Below, in pieces: positions 8,568-19,478 of a stretch of 64,000 nt of DNA. Source of the stretch: Cyanophora paradoxa CCMP329. Taxonomy: Eukaryota; Plantae; Glaucophyta. Position numbers and translations under genes: made by a program. The stretch's first letter is position 1; each line of letters opens with the position of its first letter. The notes under the pieces are model-generated. The model saw only the letters and a program-made list of their open reading frames with translations. It was not told the origin of the DNA and ran no database searches. The stretch is taken from NCBI GenBank assembly GCA_004431415.1, contig QPMI01000047.1, forward strand, positions 124,001 through 188,000, written 5' to 3'.

Positions 8568-11500
8568 ATGAGTATCACGAATCTCCCCTTTATCACTCGG
8601 GAAACCTTGTATTTGGATGACGGTTTCGAGCTCAGCAGTAACATTACCGCTTCCAATGTGACCATATCTTCGAACCTTGTGGTAAAAGACTTTCTATTAA
8701 ATCAGAGCAACCTTGAATATATTGATATCACCAGCAATCTCCCTTTTACCTATGGCACTGATAACTCAGCCCTCGTTATCTATCATGGGGGCTCGCCTGT
8801 TGCATTCTTTGGCAGCAATTTCCCCACTGTGCGAACCTTTCAGCACGAAATCAATAAAGCCCGCCCCATCCCACTGACAGCTGTCGTAGAATGGGATCCT
8901 GTTAAATATTCGCAGAGCATCACAAGCAATATTACACTCACTCGACCACATTTAATTGAGGTCATGGGGGTCGACCTTGTAAAGGAGTTTTATAGTGAGC
9001 GATTCACAAGAAACGAGCGAGATGTAGCCCAGGATCTCGAAATCTCGGGTTTATCAATTGCTACCGCAGCAAACACGGCAGGGCTCGCTGTTTTAACAGG
9101 TGCAATCACCATCACTGATGCGATCATGTATTTATCCCGCGATTTGGTGCCTTTGCTCGATCATCAATTTAATCTCGGGCAATCTAACACTGATGCTGTT
9201 AAGAAATGGCTGAATGTGTATGCCTATGATGGGTGGTTTGATGACTTGCACACGACTAACCTTTATAGCACGACCTCAAAAACAAGTAACATAATCTTGC
9301 CTTTCAATCACTCAGTCCGACCCAGTGATTTACCCACTGATGAGAGAGCTCTGATCAGCTATAACGACTTTAACAGCAATCTTTCCCGCTCAGTTTCGCG
9401 GACTGAGACCTACACTGTCGAGGGATACCCTCAGCAGCTCGCAAATGGGGTCTATGTCGCTTATGTAGGCAAACCTACATATACATTCACTTGGGATCAG
9501 TTGGGTGTCACAGGTTTGGAGAGTATACCCACTGTTTCATTGGTGGATCACACAACTTATTATAATCCTATCACTAACAATAATGAATCTAATAAAGCGT
9601 TTATCCAAAATGTCACCTCCACAGGGTTTCAGGTCTCGTTTGTCATTAACGAGACATACAATTTACTTATCATCCGAAACAACTCATTGAGTTCCGAAGC
9701 TACTATTAGTTTCACTCTTAACATCAATTATATCACCCCTGAATTCGATAGCAAACCCAGAGTGAAGGTTTACCGAGATTTACAAGGTAGCAATATCGTG
9801 CCCTTCTCACAGAATTTCGATCTTGGGGCGAATTCTTTGAGGTGGAACACAGTTTATACTTTGAATGCAAACACCTGTAATATTGTGGTCGCAGGGTCAT
9901 CGGCTACTATTGGAGATCTGACCGCCCCTTTCAAAAAGGAGTATCTTAAAGAGCTGTATATTACAAAGTCTGATTTACCAGATGCTATTTCGTTGGTGCT
10001 CTCCCCGACTCCCAGTATATCCTATCACAATGTGAAAGACACCAGTAATGTAGTGCAGAGGGAAGCAAAGTATTCCAGGCATCCGAGATATCAGCAACAA
10101 CATATAGATACCTTGCAGCGGTTCCAGCGAATTTTAATTTCACATTTGAGACACCATTTGTTTCCCCTCCTACTATTGAAATAACTGACACGAATTTGTA
10201 TGTGATCAATAATGGGTCGACCACCTCTATTAACAATGCACCAGCCGGCTACTCCCATTTGTTGCAACTAACATAACAACCACCGGCTTCACACTTGTCG
10301 GAAATGCAACAGTGACATATGCTCTTACAGCATATCCTGTTGGTTGTATTTTGCGAAATTTAATCTTTCAGCGATCCCACCTGTGTCCCTTTCTCTCCCT
10401 TTACTATCAATTGGAAGGCAACAGGAACAATACCTCGTTTGACTCCGAAGATCGATTAAAAATAAGGTATCCTCTCGATGTGACCGACCTCCATACTACG
10501 AGAATAAATGGCAGAATTTCGTATTTAATGGAACCAATGCGACTCTGATCGATAATCGAGTTACAAATAATTACTTTTTCGATTCTCGATATATTAATAC
10601 TTGCAACATTGTCATACAGAACACGTTTGAGAATCGAAGTAAGACCTTAACAGTCACCTTGCCCACTCACTCGAATGTCTCAGATGGATTTACTATTACC
10701 TGTTCAATCGCAATTACACCTCTTATATTCCATATCCTCTGAGACTGTGACATGAGCTATCCCAAAGTCACCCTAACATCGACCAATGCTCACTTCTTTG
10801 GATCCACGGACTTTATGACCTTCTTTGCTTTCACATCCTCTACTGATGGGCTCTTAGTTTATTACACTTTCAGATATGATGCTGTTTGGACTCAGCTTGA
10901 CAGCCACCCAAATACAGATGTAATCGAAGTGGGCGATAAGAAATATATAAAAACCGCTTCCCCATGGGTGTGCACTGTCCGGCTCGATGACAGATACACT
11001 CCCAACCTAAATAACATTGGAATGCACTCGACATGCAATATTTATGTGCAAGGTGCAATTTCGGCTACCAAATATTTCGAGGGAGGGAACTGTGATGCAG
11101 GGCATCGATTGCTATCGCGAAATGGATTCTTTGAGTCATTCAGTGGGACAGCTCTACCGCCCTTTATCAGGGACACAGTGTATGATACCACATGCAATAT
11201 TTGGGTGTGTCGATCTGTGAGCAATCCGCCTGTGACAAAGGAATTATATAAATATCTGTCAGATACCTATGGTGCAATCTCAGGATCCTCCACAGGAAAT
11301 CCAGCGACGGCTCCCATCGTGTTTGCAAATGCATACACAGCGCCGACATCATTAGCAGGGTCGACAGAGCCGCCACCTAACGATCCCAATCCGAACCAGC
11401 CTAACCCAGATCCCGATTCAAAAGATCCCCCTACAACTGATCCAGATCCAAACACGACACCTAATAATCCCAGTAATCCTACTAATCCAGTTGGATCACC

Positions 11501-11882
11501 AGGAATGGATCCAGGGACGTTAGTGCTTCTCATTCTCTTGCCGATTCTCGGTGTTGGAGGACTTGTGCTTGCATACAAATTCCGAGCTTTATGTTTTGCA
11601 TGCTGGGATAGGGTCATTGCAGGTGCAGGTAATAAATACTCAACACCAGAGCTTAATGTGACCCAAACAGCCGAAGGAGATGTGGGGTTAGAGGTGAGGT
11701 CAGCCGAGGGGCATGGTCTTAGTGTTGTGAGAACTGATCAACCACCAGCAAGCAGGGCAGCACCCAAAAAATCACGAGCAGAACGAATGGCTGAATCAAT
11801 AATAAAAGACAATGCAGACTTTATGGCGGAAATGGCACAGCGAGAGGGCAGAACATATGAGCTTCTCCCAATGCGACCTTAA
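8568..11882 (+). CDS. Large fibre/receptor-binding-like protein in several frameshifted segments; C-terminal Pro/Asn/Asp linker and hydrophobic helix
   Basis: Tail-fibre-like repeats (LVPLLDHQFNLG..KWLNVY; IVPFSQNFDLGANSLRWNTVY), TSNI/TCNI motifs, H-type-lectin-like segments (PTVSL..QNVTSTGF; FETPFVSPPTI..TNITTTGF), then PNDPNPNQPNPDPD and LVLLILLPILGVGGLVLAY. Could be two genes. Confidence 0.6.
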
Positions 11883-11911
11883 TTTTTGTAGAATGCCTTA
11901 ATAGAGAAATA

Positions 11912-13374
11912 ATGACGGAACCCATAGTAGAAACGACAATAAAGAATGCTGTATTGGATAATAAATTTTATATAACCCACGCCAATATACCCAGTGAATC
12001 CAATGACCTAATTGTTGATCTAAAAGGTTATGTGATGGGAGCTATGGCTTCTAACCTATGGAATGACCTTTTCGGTTACGAGTTTGGTCACATCTATGAC
12101 ATTGCAAATGGGATCGGCTATGTGGATGCAATGGCAGGCACAGCCTTTCGAAATCTAAATTGCAACTGTGTGGGTGGGTGGATGTTTCAGATCTGTTCCA
12201 ATGTCGATCCCACTATTGATCCCGCCACGATTACCTTTGATTGCAATCTATTTGCCCCCAAAACCATTTTCTCCATCACTTGCAATCTCGTTAATTCGGA
12301 TGTGCCCATAGTAGCACCTGTAATTGGTGCATCAAATATGTATATCCAAAGAAATCCGGTCGTGCATACAGGCGCCGAATTTATATTAGGCGACAACACC
12401 CCAATTAGTCGACTCGAATTGCCCACGAATTTCACCTTTAATCTCGTGGATGAGTTCCCTAACAGTCAAAGTCTCATGTATTTCACCTCTGAAAATCGCC
12501 TTTCGGGTGCATTCTCACCCATTGAGCTGTCTATACCGAAACAAAAGGTGAGCTATAAAGAGCTTACAGATGTGCCGGCGGGATTTAGTGGGAAGTGGAG
12601 TGATATCATTCAGAAGCCGACTTGGAGTAGTGTAGCATACACAGGAAATTACTATGATTTAGTAGGAACTCCCGATTTCACAAGCTATATACCTCGTTGG
12701 ATTGATCAAGGTGTAATTATATCAGAATCTACACTTCCTTTCAATGGGACATGGATAGGTTATTTACTAAGCCGAATTTGCATGCTGTTGCCACAAGTGG
12801 TGACTACAACGATTTAACTAACACCCCTATTGCACCGACCTTGCATGCTGTGGCTACAAGTGGAGACTACAATGATCTCATTAATACACCGAACCTACAT
12901 GCTGTGGCTACAAGCGGGAACTATGACGATTTAATTAACACACCTACTTCGCCACCTACTCACAATCACAGCATAGAGTTGCTCACGAATTTCGGTAATT
13001 ATGTGAATCCAAATGCATATGTGCAACAAGGGACAGCGAATGTAGTTTTGGAAAATAGAATATACAATGCAGGAGAGACCTTTCAGTTATCGGGAACGGT
13101 CGTATTCTCTACCCCATTTTATAGTGATGCAGTGATTACTACCTCTATCGAGAATAGCTATAACTCTGTAAATTGGGAAATGACCAACTGTGTATATATC
13201 GGACCTGAGTATGTTAATAATGAGAGAGTAGGACTAAAAACTAAGTTTACATGGATCGTTAGATTCACAGCTTTCGCATCGACTAATTTCACAAATGTCA
13301 CAGCAGCAAATCGCACCCTTAAACTCCATTGGATTGCTGTCGGACCTCTCCAAAACAATAATATTCTCACTTAA
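11912..13374 (+). CDS. Fibre protein with phage-type (L)HAVATSGDYNDL repeats and C-terminal lectin/gp53-like domain; frameshift near 12750
   Basis: FSGKWSDI, VAYTGNYYDL, three LHAVATSGxYxDLxNTP repeats; GTVVFSTPF...LHWIAVG terminus. Confidence 0.7.
12779..12945 (+). repeat. Three coding repeats LHAVATSG(D/N)Y(N/D)DLxNTP
   Basis: catgctgt.gc.acaag.gg recurs at about 12781, 12844 and 12898. Confidence 0.85.
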
Positions 13375-13395
13375 TAAGTAAAGAACAATCAAAAG

Positions 13396-14364
13396 ATGTC
13401 GACTGTATTCACACCTGTGTTTTCTTTGAGTGCAAGTGCTGTCCATAATGTTCAACACACAGTCTATGATTTATCTCCGAGCCACCCTTCGACTGAGACA
13501 GCGAAAACCGATTCTTTTAATGACCAAAGCATACTCAGAGTCAAAGAACTCAGAGCTGACAAGATTGATGGACTCGTTAAAGCTACTCAAATGATCGTAT
13601 CGAATCGACCCGCAATATCTTCGGGGCTGGTCACCAAAGAAAATCTATATGAGGGTCAACAGGATTCCAAAACGGCTTTTAATCCGGCTGATAGGAATTC
13701 GGCGGCATTTCAAGTTTACAGTGGTGGGGCATGGATTGGGACTGGCTTAGGGGTTAATGGGAGTGCAACAATTACTGGAAGCCTTACAGCTGGATCATTT
13801 GGGACAGTTAAAACGACAACTATTGATTCTGGGGCAAATACAGAGTTGGTGATTAAGCGCAATGGGGCAACTGTTGCTTCGACATATTCAACAGGTGTGT
13901 CTCCAAATGATTCGTATGGTTTAACAATAAATGGGAGTAAATGCTATCTTGCTCTTCCAAACCACCCCCGTTTCTGTGTTGCACTAACAGCTGCAATCGC
14001 TACAAACGGAACCATTGGTAACTGGAATTATACATTTCTAAATCATGGAAACCATCTAGCAACATCAACAGGCATCTTCACAGCACCTGTTTCAGGTCAT
14101 TATAAGTTGATCTTTTCAGGAACAACCACAGCAAATAATAGTGATACACAGGTTATCCTGCGACAAAGTAACCTTACAACTCAACTTATTGCATATTCTC
14201 CTGCACCTGGATCACCACTGAGTAGATCTATTGGGTTTAATTTCATTGTTAACATGGTAGCTGGAGATACTGTGAAGCTAGATCTTTATGGTGGTGGATT
14301 GCTTGCATCAGGAACAGGGGCGATGTATACTGTGTGGTCTGGTGAATTAATTTCTGCAACATAG
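13396..14364 (+). CDS. C1q/TNF-like head-domain fibre protein
   Basis: PRFCV..FLNHGNHLATSTGIFTAPVSGHYKLIF..VNMVAGDTVKL..TVWSGELI matches the C1q G.F.AP..G.Y and L..GD.V..FSG.LI pattern. Confidence 0.82.
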   Translation: MSTVFTPVFSLSASAVHNVQHTVYDLSPSHPSTETAKTDSFNDQSILRVKELRADKIDGLVKATQMIVSNRPAISSGLVTKENLYEGQQDSKTAFNPADRNSAAFQVYSGGAWIGTGLGVNGSATITGSLTAGSFGTVKTTTIDSGANTELVIKRNGATVASTYSTGVSPNDSYGLTINGSKCYLALPNHPRFCVALTAAIATNGTIGNWNYTFLNHGNHLATSTGIFTAPVSGHYKLIFSGTTTANNSDTQVILRQSNLTTQLIAYSPAPGSPLSRSIGFNFIVNMVAGDTVKLDLYGGGLLASGTGAMYTVWSGELISAT

Positions 14365-14373
14365 AATAAAAGA

Positions 14374-14637
14374 ATGTCGAACATCTACCAAGTAGTTCTA
14401 ACTGACACTGAGAAACTGGGAATGGAATACTGTGCCTACTCTGTTCAGGATTGGATCGATAATATGGCTCATAATAGGGCGAGAATCGCGATTGATGAGA
14501 TTGTGGACAAAGAAGTTAAATCGTGTATTGCCGCTGGAATTCCGATTCCACTCACAAAGGAAGCGATTGTAGAGCAAGCGTTTGCAAGGGGGACTGTTCG
14601 AAAGGCAAGCGAAATTCCTGTGAGTGCTCCTATGTAA
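14374..14637 (+). CDS. Small protein resembling those following C1q tail-fibre genes in aquatic bacteriophages
   Basis: VLTDTEKLGMEY..SVQDWIDNMAHNRARIAIDEIV; starts 9 nt after the C1q gene; resemblance recalled, not searched. Confidence 0.6.
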   Translation: MSNIYQVVLTDTEKLGMEYCAYSVQDWIDNMAHNRARIAIDEIVDKEVKSCIAAGIPIPLTKEAIVEQAFARGTVRKASEIPVSAPM

Positions 14638-14820
14638 AGAACTCGAATTCGAAGAATGAGAGATGGGTTAATTGTTATTTTTCATAGATCATGCATAAGA
14701 AAGGCATGTATCTTGCATAGTGGGCGGGGCGCACTTATCCCCTTCGTATCCACTTCGTATCCACTTCATATCCACTTTGTGTTCACTAAATTATATCGCA
14801 CTGATTCAGTTTGCATTTTG

Positions 14821-15838
14821 CCCCCACCCTACACCCCACCCTATACTACAATCTCGTTATTTCTATACATATTTACTATCTAATTTAATAGAGTTTATAC
14901 ATTGAAATAAGTGAGGTGTATCGATAAGTAATACAGGGTGGGGAGGGTGGGGTTGGGTGGGGTCTTTTTTGCCCAAAAATATTTGACCCCCAAAAATTTA
15001 AGGGATTCAAAAAAATGCCCCACCTCACCCCACTTACCCCACCCTATCGAAGTCCGCACGATATCATAGTAGGCTACATCGGGATTGCGATCATATCACA
15101 GTGTATACAGTGAGGGTGGTGCCCCACTTTCTCACCCCACCCTATCGATTCGCGATTCAGGGATCGCGAAATATACAGCACATGATACTTGTTTTCTTAG
15201 TGATCGCGCCGTTCTAATACGATCTGAATATATCATATCTCGTCGGTATCACGTCGGTTCAATATCGTAATTATTAAATGGTTGGCTGATACCACTTTCA
15301 CACCCCACCCTCACACCCACCCGGTATTAATTTAACATACATAATCTCTATACTTTATACATTAATTACATTGAAATCAATCATAAATATAATAAAAGAT
15401 ACAGGGTGGGGTAAGTGGGGTTGGGTGGGGTCTTTTTTGACCAAGAATTTTGAGGGGGAATTATTTTAGGGAATTCAAAAAAATGCCCCACCTCACCCCA
15501 CCCGCCCACCCTATCGAAGTTATCGAAGTCCGATAAGTATCAAACCGGAAGTAAAAATAACACATCATGATTTTATGTGTGCCATCTTAGATTGGACTAC
15601 CATACCGATACCACTCACACCCCACCCTCACACCCCACCCAGTATTAATTTAACATACTCAATCATACATATTTATATTTAAATTACATTGAAATCAATC
15701 ATAGATAAAGAGAATAATACAGGGTGGGTAAGTGGGTTGGGTGGGGTCTTTTTTGACCAAGAATTTTTGGGAGTGAAACATTTTAGGGAATTCAAAAAAA
15801 TGCCCCACCTCACCCCACCCGCCCCACCCTATCGAAGC
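14821..15838. repeat. Three ~230-bp subterminal units of opposed GGGTGGGG/CCCCACCC tracts around AT-rich spacers
   Basis: Units at about 14821-15053, 15288-15520 and 15608-15838, each ending caaaaaaatgccccacctcaccccac..cccaccctatcgaag. Confidence 0.9.
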
Positions 15839-16092
15839 TACGTAGGTGATACACATGACTATATGAGGCGCGTCCCAAGCAGCACATTGTAGTTGTTTTA
15901 GATACACATCGCGCATCGTAAACACATATCGGCTATATCGCGATTACATATTATATATACATATTTTACAAAGATTCCACGATACTTATATTATTTTTAT
16001 TGATTCATTTACGAACTACCGATAGAATACATATCACATATCGATATACACTATGATAAAAATGCTAATATCTTTATATAACTTATAGTAAC

Positions 16093-16163
16093 ACACATAT
16101 AAAAACAAATATTATTATCCTGAGCGGAACGCGAGGGATAATAATATTTGTTTTTATATGTGT
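16093..16163. repeat. Terminal hairpin: perfect 28-bp inverted repeat with 15-nt spacer
   Basis: 16093-16120 acacatataaaaacaaatattattatcc is the exact reverse complement of 16136-16163. Confidence 0.95.
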
Positions 16164-17173
16164 ACCTTGGCGCGCGCATTCGATGATGTTTAATTACATA
16201 AGACCCGATAAAGATCTAGAACGCCTCCCTGACGGATTTCGAAATCGCAGCATTCACGATTGCGGTCATTCAGCGGCATTACAATTGGGTATATATGCGT
16301 GTATTTAGGGAAATCCGTTCTTTGATGCAGGCGGCTAATGATCGTTTCCACTTTTGCAGGATTTTGCAGCGAGCCAAGCGAATTTGACCAACCAGCAAGA
16401 GTTCATCATCGCTCTCACAAATTGTGCCACGCAAGTCGCAGCAGAGTTTCCGTTGGGGCGAAGCAGAAAGGGCTCTGCGGGCTTCCGGCACGGCGCCTCC
16501 TCGAAACCAGCAAGCGAGAATATGGTTAAGTTGATTATGAGAATGGCGCACATGGGAGGCTTGTGCGCGCCGACTATGATCAAGCCTCGAGGCGCTGATG
16601 TGTACACACCAATGACGCAATCGAAGTACGTACTGTATTCAATAGTGACAGACTTGCCTCCACTGGCTAGGCACTGGGCCTTCGCGTCGTCTTCACCGAT
16701 GTTGCTCTGATGCCACAGAGCGGTTGATGCCTTGCAGTCGTAGGAAGCGTAGCAGGACGAGTCTAACACAATGTGCAGATTAGGACTTCGGAATGTGTTA
16801 AAATGTGCGATCAAACGCAAACGCACTTCCTCCCATGATGTCGATGGATGCAGGCCCTGAGGGGTTGTTCGAAACCTGAAGAAGCGCACACCTCACGCGT
16901 TACTCGCGGCCATAAGATGCGTGCACCTCGGGGCCTATACGTGTACGTACGGGCACGCGGGCGGCGGCTTCGCGTCTTTGTGCTGCGGAGTTGTGCTACT
17001 AACTTGCGCAGGGCCGCGACCGGCAGTCAGCGGCAGATCGATCTGGATTCTGGACTGAGCCTCGGCCCGGCGGAGATCGAAGATGCGAGGGCCGGTAAAC
17101 AGAAGGAGGGTGGATTATTGGGCTCAGTGCTCCTAGTAGGGTCGGCAAGCCTGAGTTGGGCTCAGTGCTCCTA

Positions 17174-17415
17174 CCGTGTAACACTTAAATATGACGGCAT
17201 CTGTGATGTCGTTTATAAAACCTGGACTCCCGTGCGTGACATATGACGCTCCCAAATTATGTCGCTATACAATTCGAGGTTTGTATGGGGCGCGGTAATT
17301 TTGTATGGCGCCCAGGAATTATGACGCTCCCAAATTATGTCGTTATAGCAAAATGTCGGCGACATAATTTGGGGATGACATAATAAAGTGCGCGGCATAC
17401 ATAAGTGTTATACGG
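17174..17415. mobile_element. MITE, TA target duplication, Tc1/mariner-pogo-like TIR
   Basis: TA|ccgtgtaacactta ... taagtgttatacgg|TA (13/14 match); internal repeats tatgacgctcccaaattatgtcg. Confidence 0.75.
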
Positions 17416-17540
17416 TAGTAAAGCCCGGCGGCCAGCCAGCCGCTGAGCTCGACTCTGCTCGAGCGGCGGCGAGTCCAGCCAGGCGGACCGTCCGGGCCCC
17501 GGGACCGTCGGACCCGGATCTCCCGGAGTACTAGTCCGCG

Positions 17541-18554
17541 ATGCCCGGTTATCAAAGCATCATCCGCACGGCATGCGCCGTCGCAAAGGAATCTGGCTAC
17601 CCCGGGGGCGGGCCGTGGGCGGACTTCATCTGTATCGACCAGAAAGCTTCCCCCGAGGTGAAAATGAAGCAGGTCATCGCAGGCTGGGACGGGTACGTGA
17701 GTTTGAGCCAGATCAATGTCGACGTCTGCGTCGATTTAGTATATATATTATGTCTGACTGCGATTCTGACCGGTACCGAGTGCAGGTACTCCGATTGTTT
17801 GAGCCTGCTTATGTATATGTGCACCCCCGAGAGAGCGAAAAGGCTGCGGCATTACCTGTACGGGACGGGCATGGCCGAGCTCAACATGCGGCTTGCTTCT
17901 GCAGCGCAGGAGCAAGAAGAATACAAGCAAAGGCGCACATCCTTCGAGGTCATGGGGCAGTTTGGCGACGAGCAGCATTGGATGCAAGCGGATAGATTCG
18001 AGAAGGCCGCCAGGAGGGCATTCGTGTTTGAGTTCGTACCGAAGCGAGTGTGGATCATTTCAGAACTTGCGTTAATGTGCATCAATGACAAGATCGTTCA
18101 GAACCTTGGCGCGCGCATTCGATGATGTTTAATTACATAAGACCCGATAAAGATCTAGAACGCCTCCCTGACGGATTTCGAAATCGCAGCATTCACGATT
18201 GCGGTCATTCAGCGGCATTACAATTGGGTATATATGCGTGTATTTAGGGAAATCCGTTCTTTGATGCAGGCGGCTAATGATCGTTTCCACTTTTGCAGGA
18301 TTTTGCAGCGAGCCAAGCGAATTTGACCAACCAGCAAGAGTTCATCATCGCTCTCACAAATTGTGCCACGCAAGTCGCAGCAGAGTTTCCGTTGGGGCGA
18401 AGCAGAAAGGGCTCTGCGGGCTTCCGGCACGGCGCCTCCTCGAAACCAGCAAGCGAGAATATGGTTAAGTTGATTATGAGAATGGCGCACATGGGAGGCT
18501 TGTGCGCGCCGACTATGATCAAGCCTCGAGGCGCCGATGTGTACACACCAATGA
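17541..18554 (+). pseudogene. 3'-truncated duplicate of the HET-domain-like gene
   Basis: PWADFICIDQK..EVKMKQV and KRVWIISEL match the HET (PF06985) W.D..CI.Q..E...Q and R.W..QE motifs; cut at the repeat junction before the transmembrane exon. Confidence 0.55.
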
Positions 18555-19112
18555 CGCAATCGAAGTACGTACTGTATTCAATAGTGACAGACTTGCCTCC
18601 ACTGGCTAGGCACTGGGCCTTCACGTCGTCTTCACCGATGTTGCTCTGATGCCACAGAGCGGTTGATGCCTTGCAGTCGTAGGAAGCGTAGCAGGACGAG
18701 TCTAACACAATGTGCAGATTAGGACTTCGGAATGTGTTAAAATGTGCGATCAAACGCAAACGCACTTCCTCCCATGATGTCGATGGATGCAGGCCCTGAG
18801 GGGTTGTTCGAAACCTGAAGAAGCGCACACCTCACGCGTTACTCGCGGCCATAAGATGCGTGCACCTCGGGGCCTATACGTGTACGTACGGGCACGCGGG
18901 CGGCGGCTTCGCGTCTTTGTGCTGCGGAGTTGTGCTACTAACTTGCGCAGGGCCGCGACCGGCAGTCAGCGGCAGATCGATCTGGATTCTGGACTGAGCC
19001 TCGGCCCGGCGGAGATCGAAGATGCGAGGGCCGGTAAACAGAAGGAGGGTGGATTATTGGGCTCAGTGCTCCTAGTAGGGTCGGCAAGCCTGAGTTGGGC
19101 TCAGTGCTCCTA

Positions 19113-19354
19113 CCGTGTAACACTTAAATATGACGGCATCTGTGATGTCGTTTATAAAACCTGGACTCCCGTGCGTGACATATGACGCTCCCAAATTATG
19201 TCGCTATACAATTCGAGGTTTGTATGGGGCGCGGTAATTTTGTATGGCGCCCAGGAATTATGACGCTCCCAAATTATGTCGTTATAGCAAAATGTCGGCG
19301 ACATAATTTGGGGATGACATAATAAAGTGCGCGGCATACATAAGTGTTATACGG
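19113..19354. mobile_element. MITE, second copy carried by the tandem duplication
   Basis: Same termini and internal repeats as 17174-17415 at +1939. Confidence 0.75.
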
Positions 19355-19478
19355 TAGTAAAGCCCGGCGGCCAGCCAGCCGCTGAGCTCGACTCTGCTCG
19401 AGCGGCGGCGAGTCCAGCCAGGCGGACCGTCCGGGCCCGGGACCGTCGGACCCGGATCTCCCGGAGTACTAGTCCGCG

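Larger units (their letters stand above)
1..16163. mobile_element. Endogenous Polinton-like virus (PLV)/virophage-class element, right portion; left end outside window
   Basis: Intron-less, gene-dense, visibly AT-richer than the host DNA beyond 21 kb; A32 ATPase + capsid-like + penton-like + primase genes; abrupt end at 16163, where the sequence resumes mid-way through a host repeat unit (compare 18103 and 20038). Confidence 0.9.

Noticed and set aside
14656-15925. Short ORFs, and a possible CRISPR or telomere reading of the G-tract repeats
   Set aside because: Units are about 230 bp, degenerate and internally inverted, with no constant repeat-spacer period, no cas genes and no uniform telomeric tandem; the ORFs are incidental.
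1-16163. Prophage or bacterial contaminant interpretation
   Set aside because: Despite phage-like fibre and HNH genes, the core is A32 ATPase plus penton/DJR-type genes with no terminase or portal, and the junction falls cleanly within a eukaryotic repeat unit.
16335-16889. 184-aa minus-strand ORF repeated at 18274-18828
   Set aside because: Spans the tandem-duplication junction at 16615/16616 and overlaps HET-like exons antisense; no recognisable motif.
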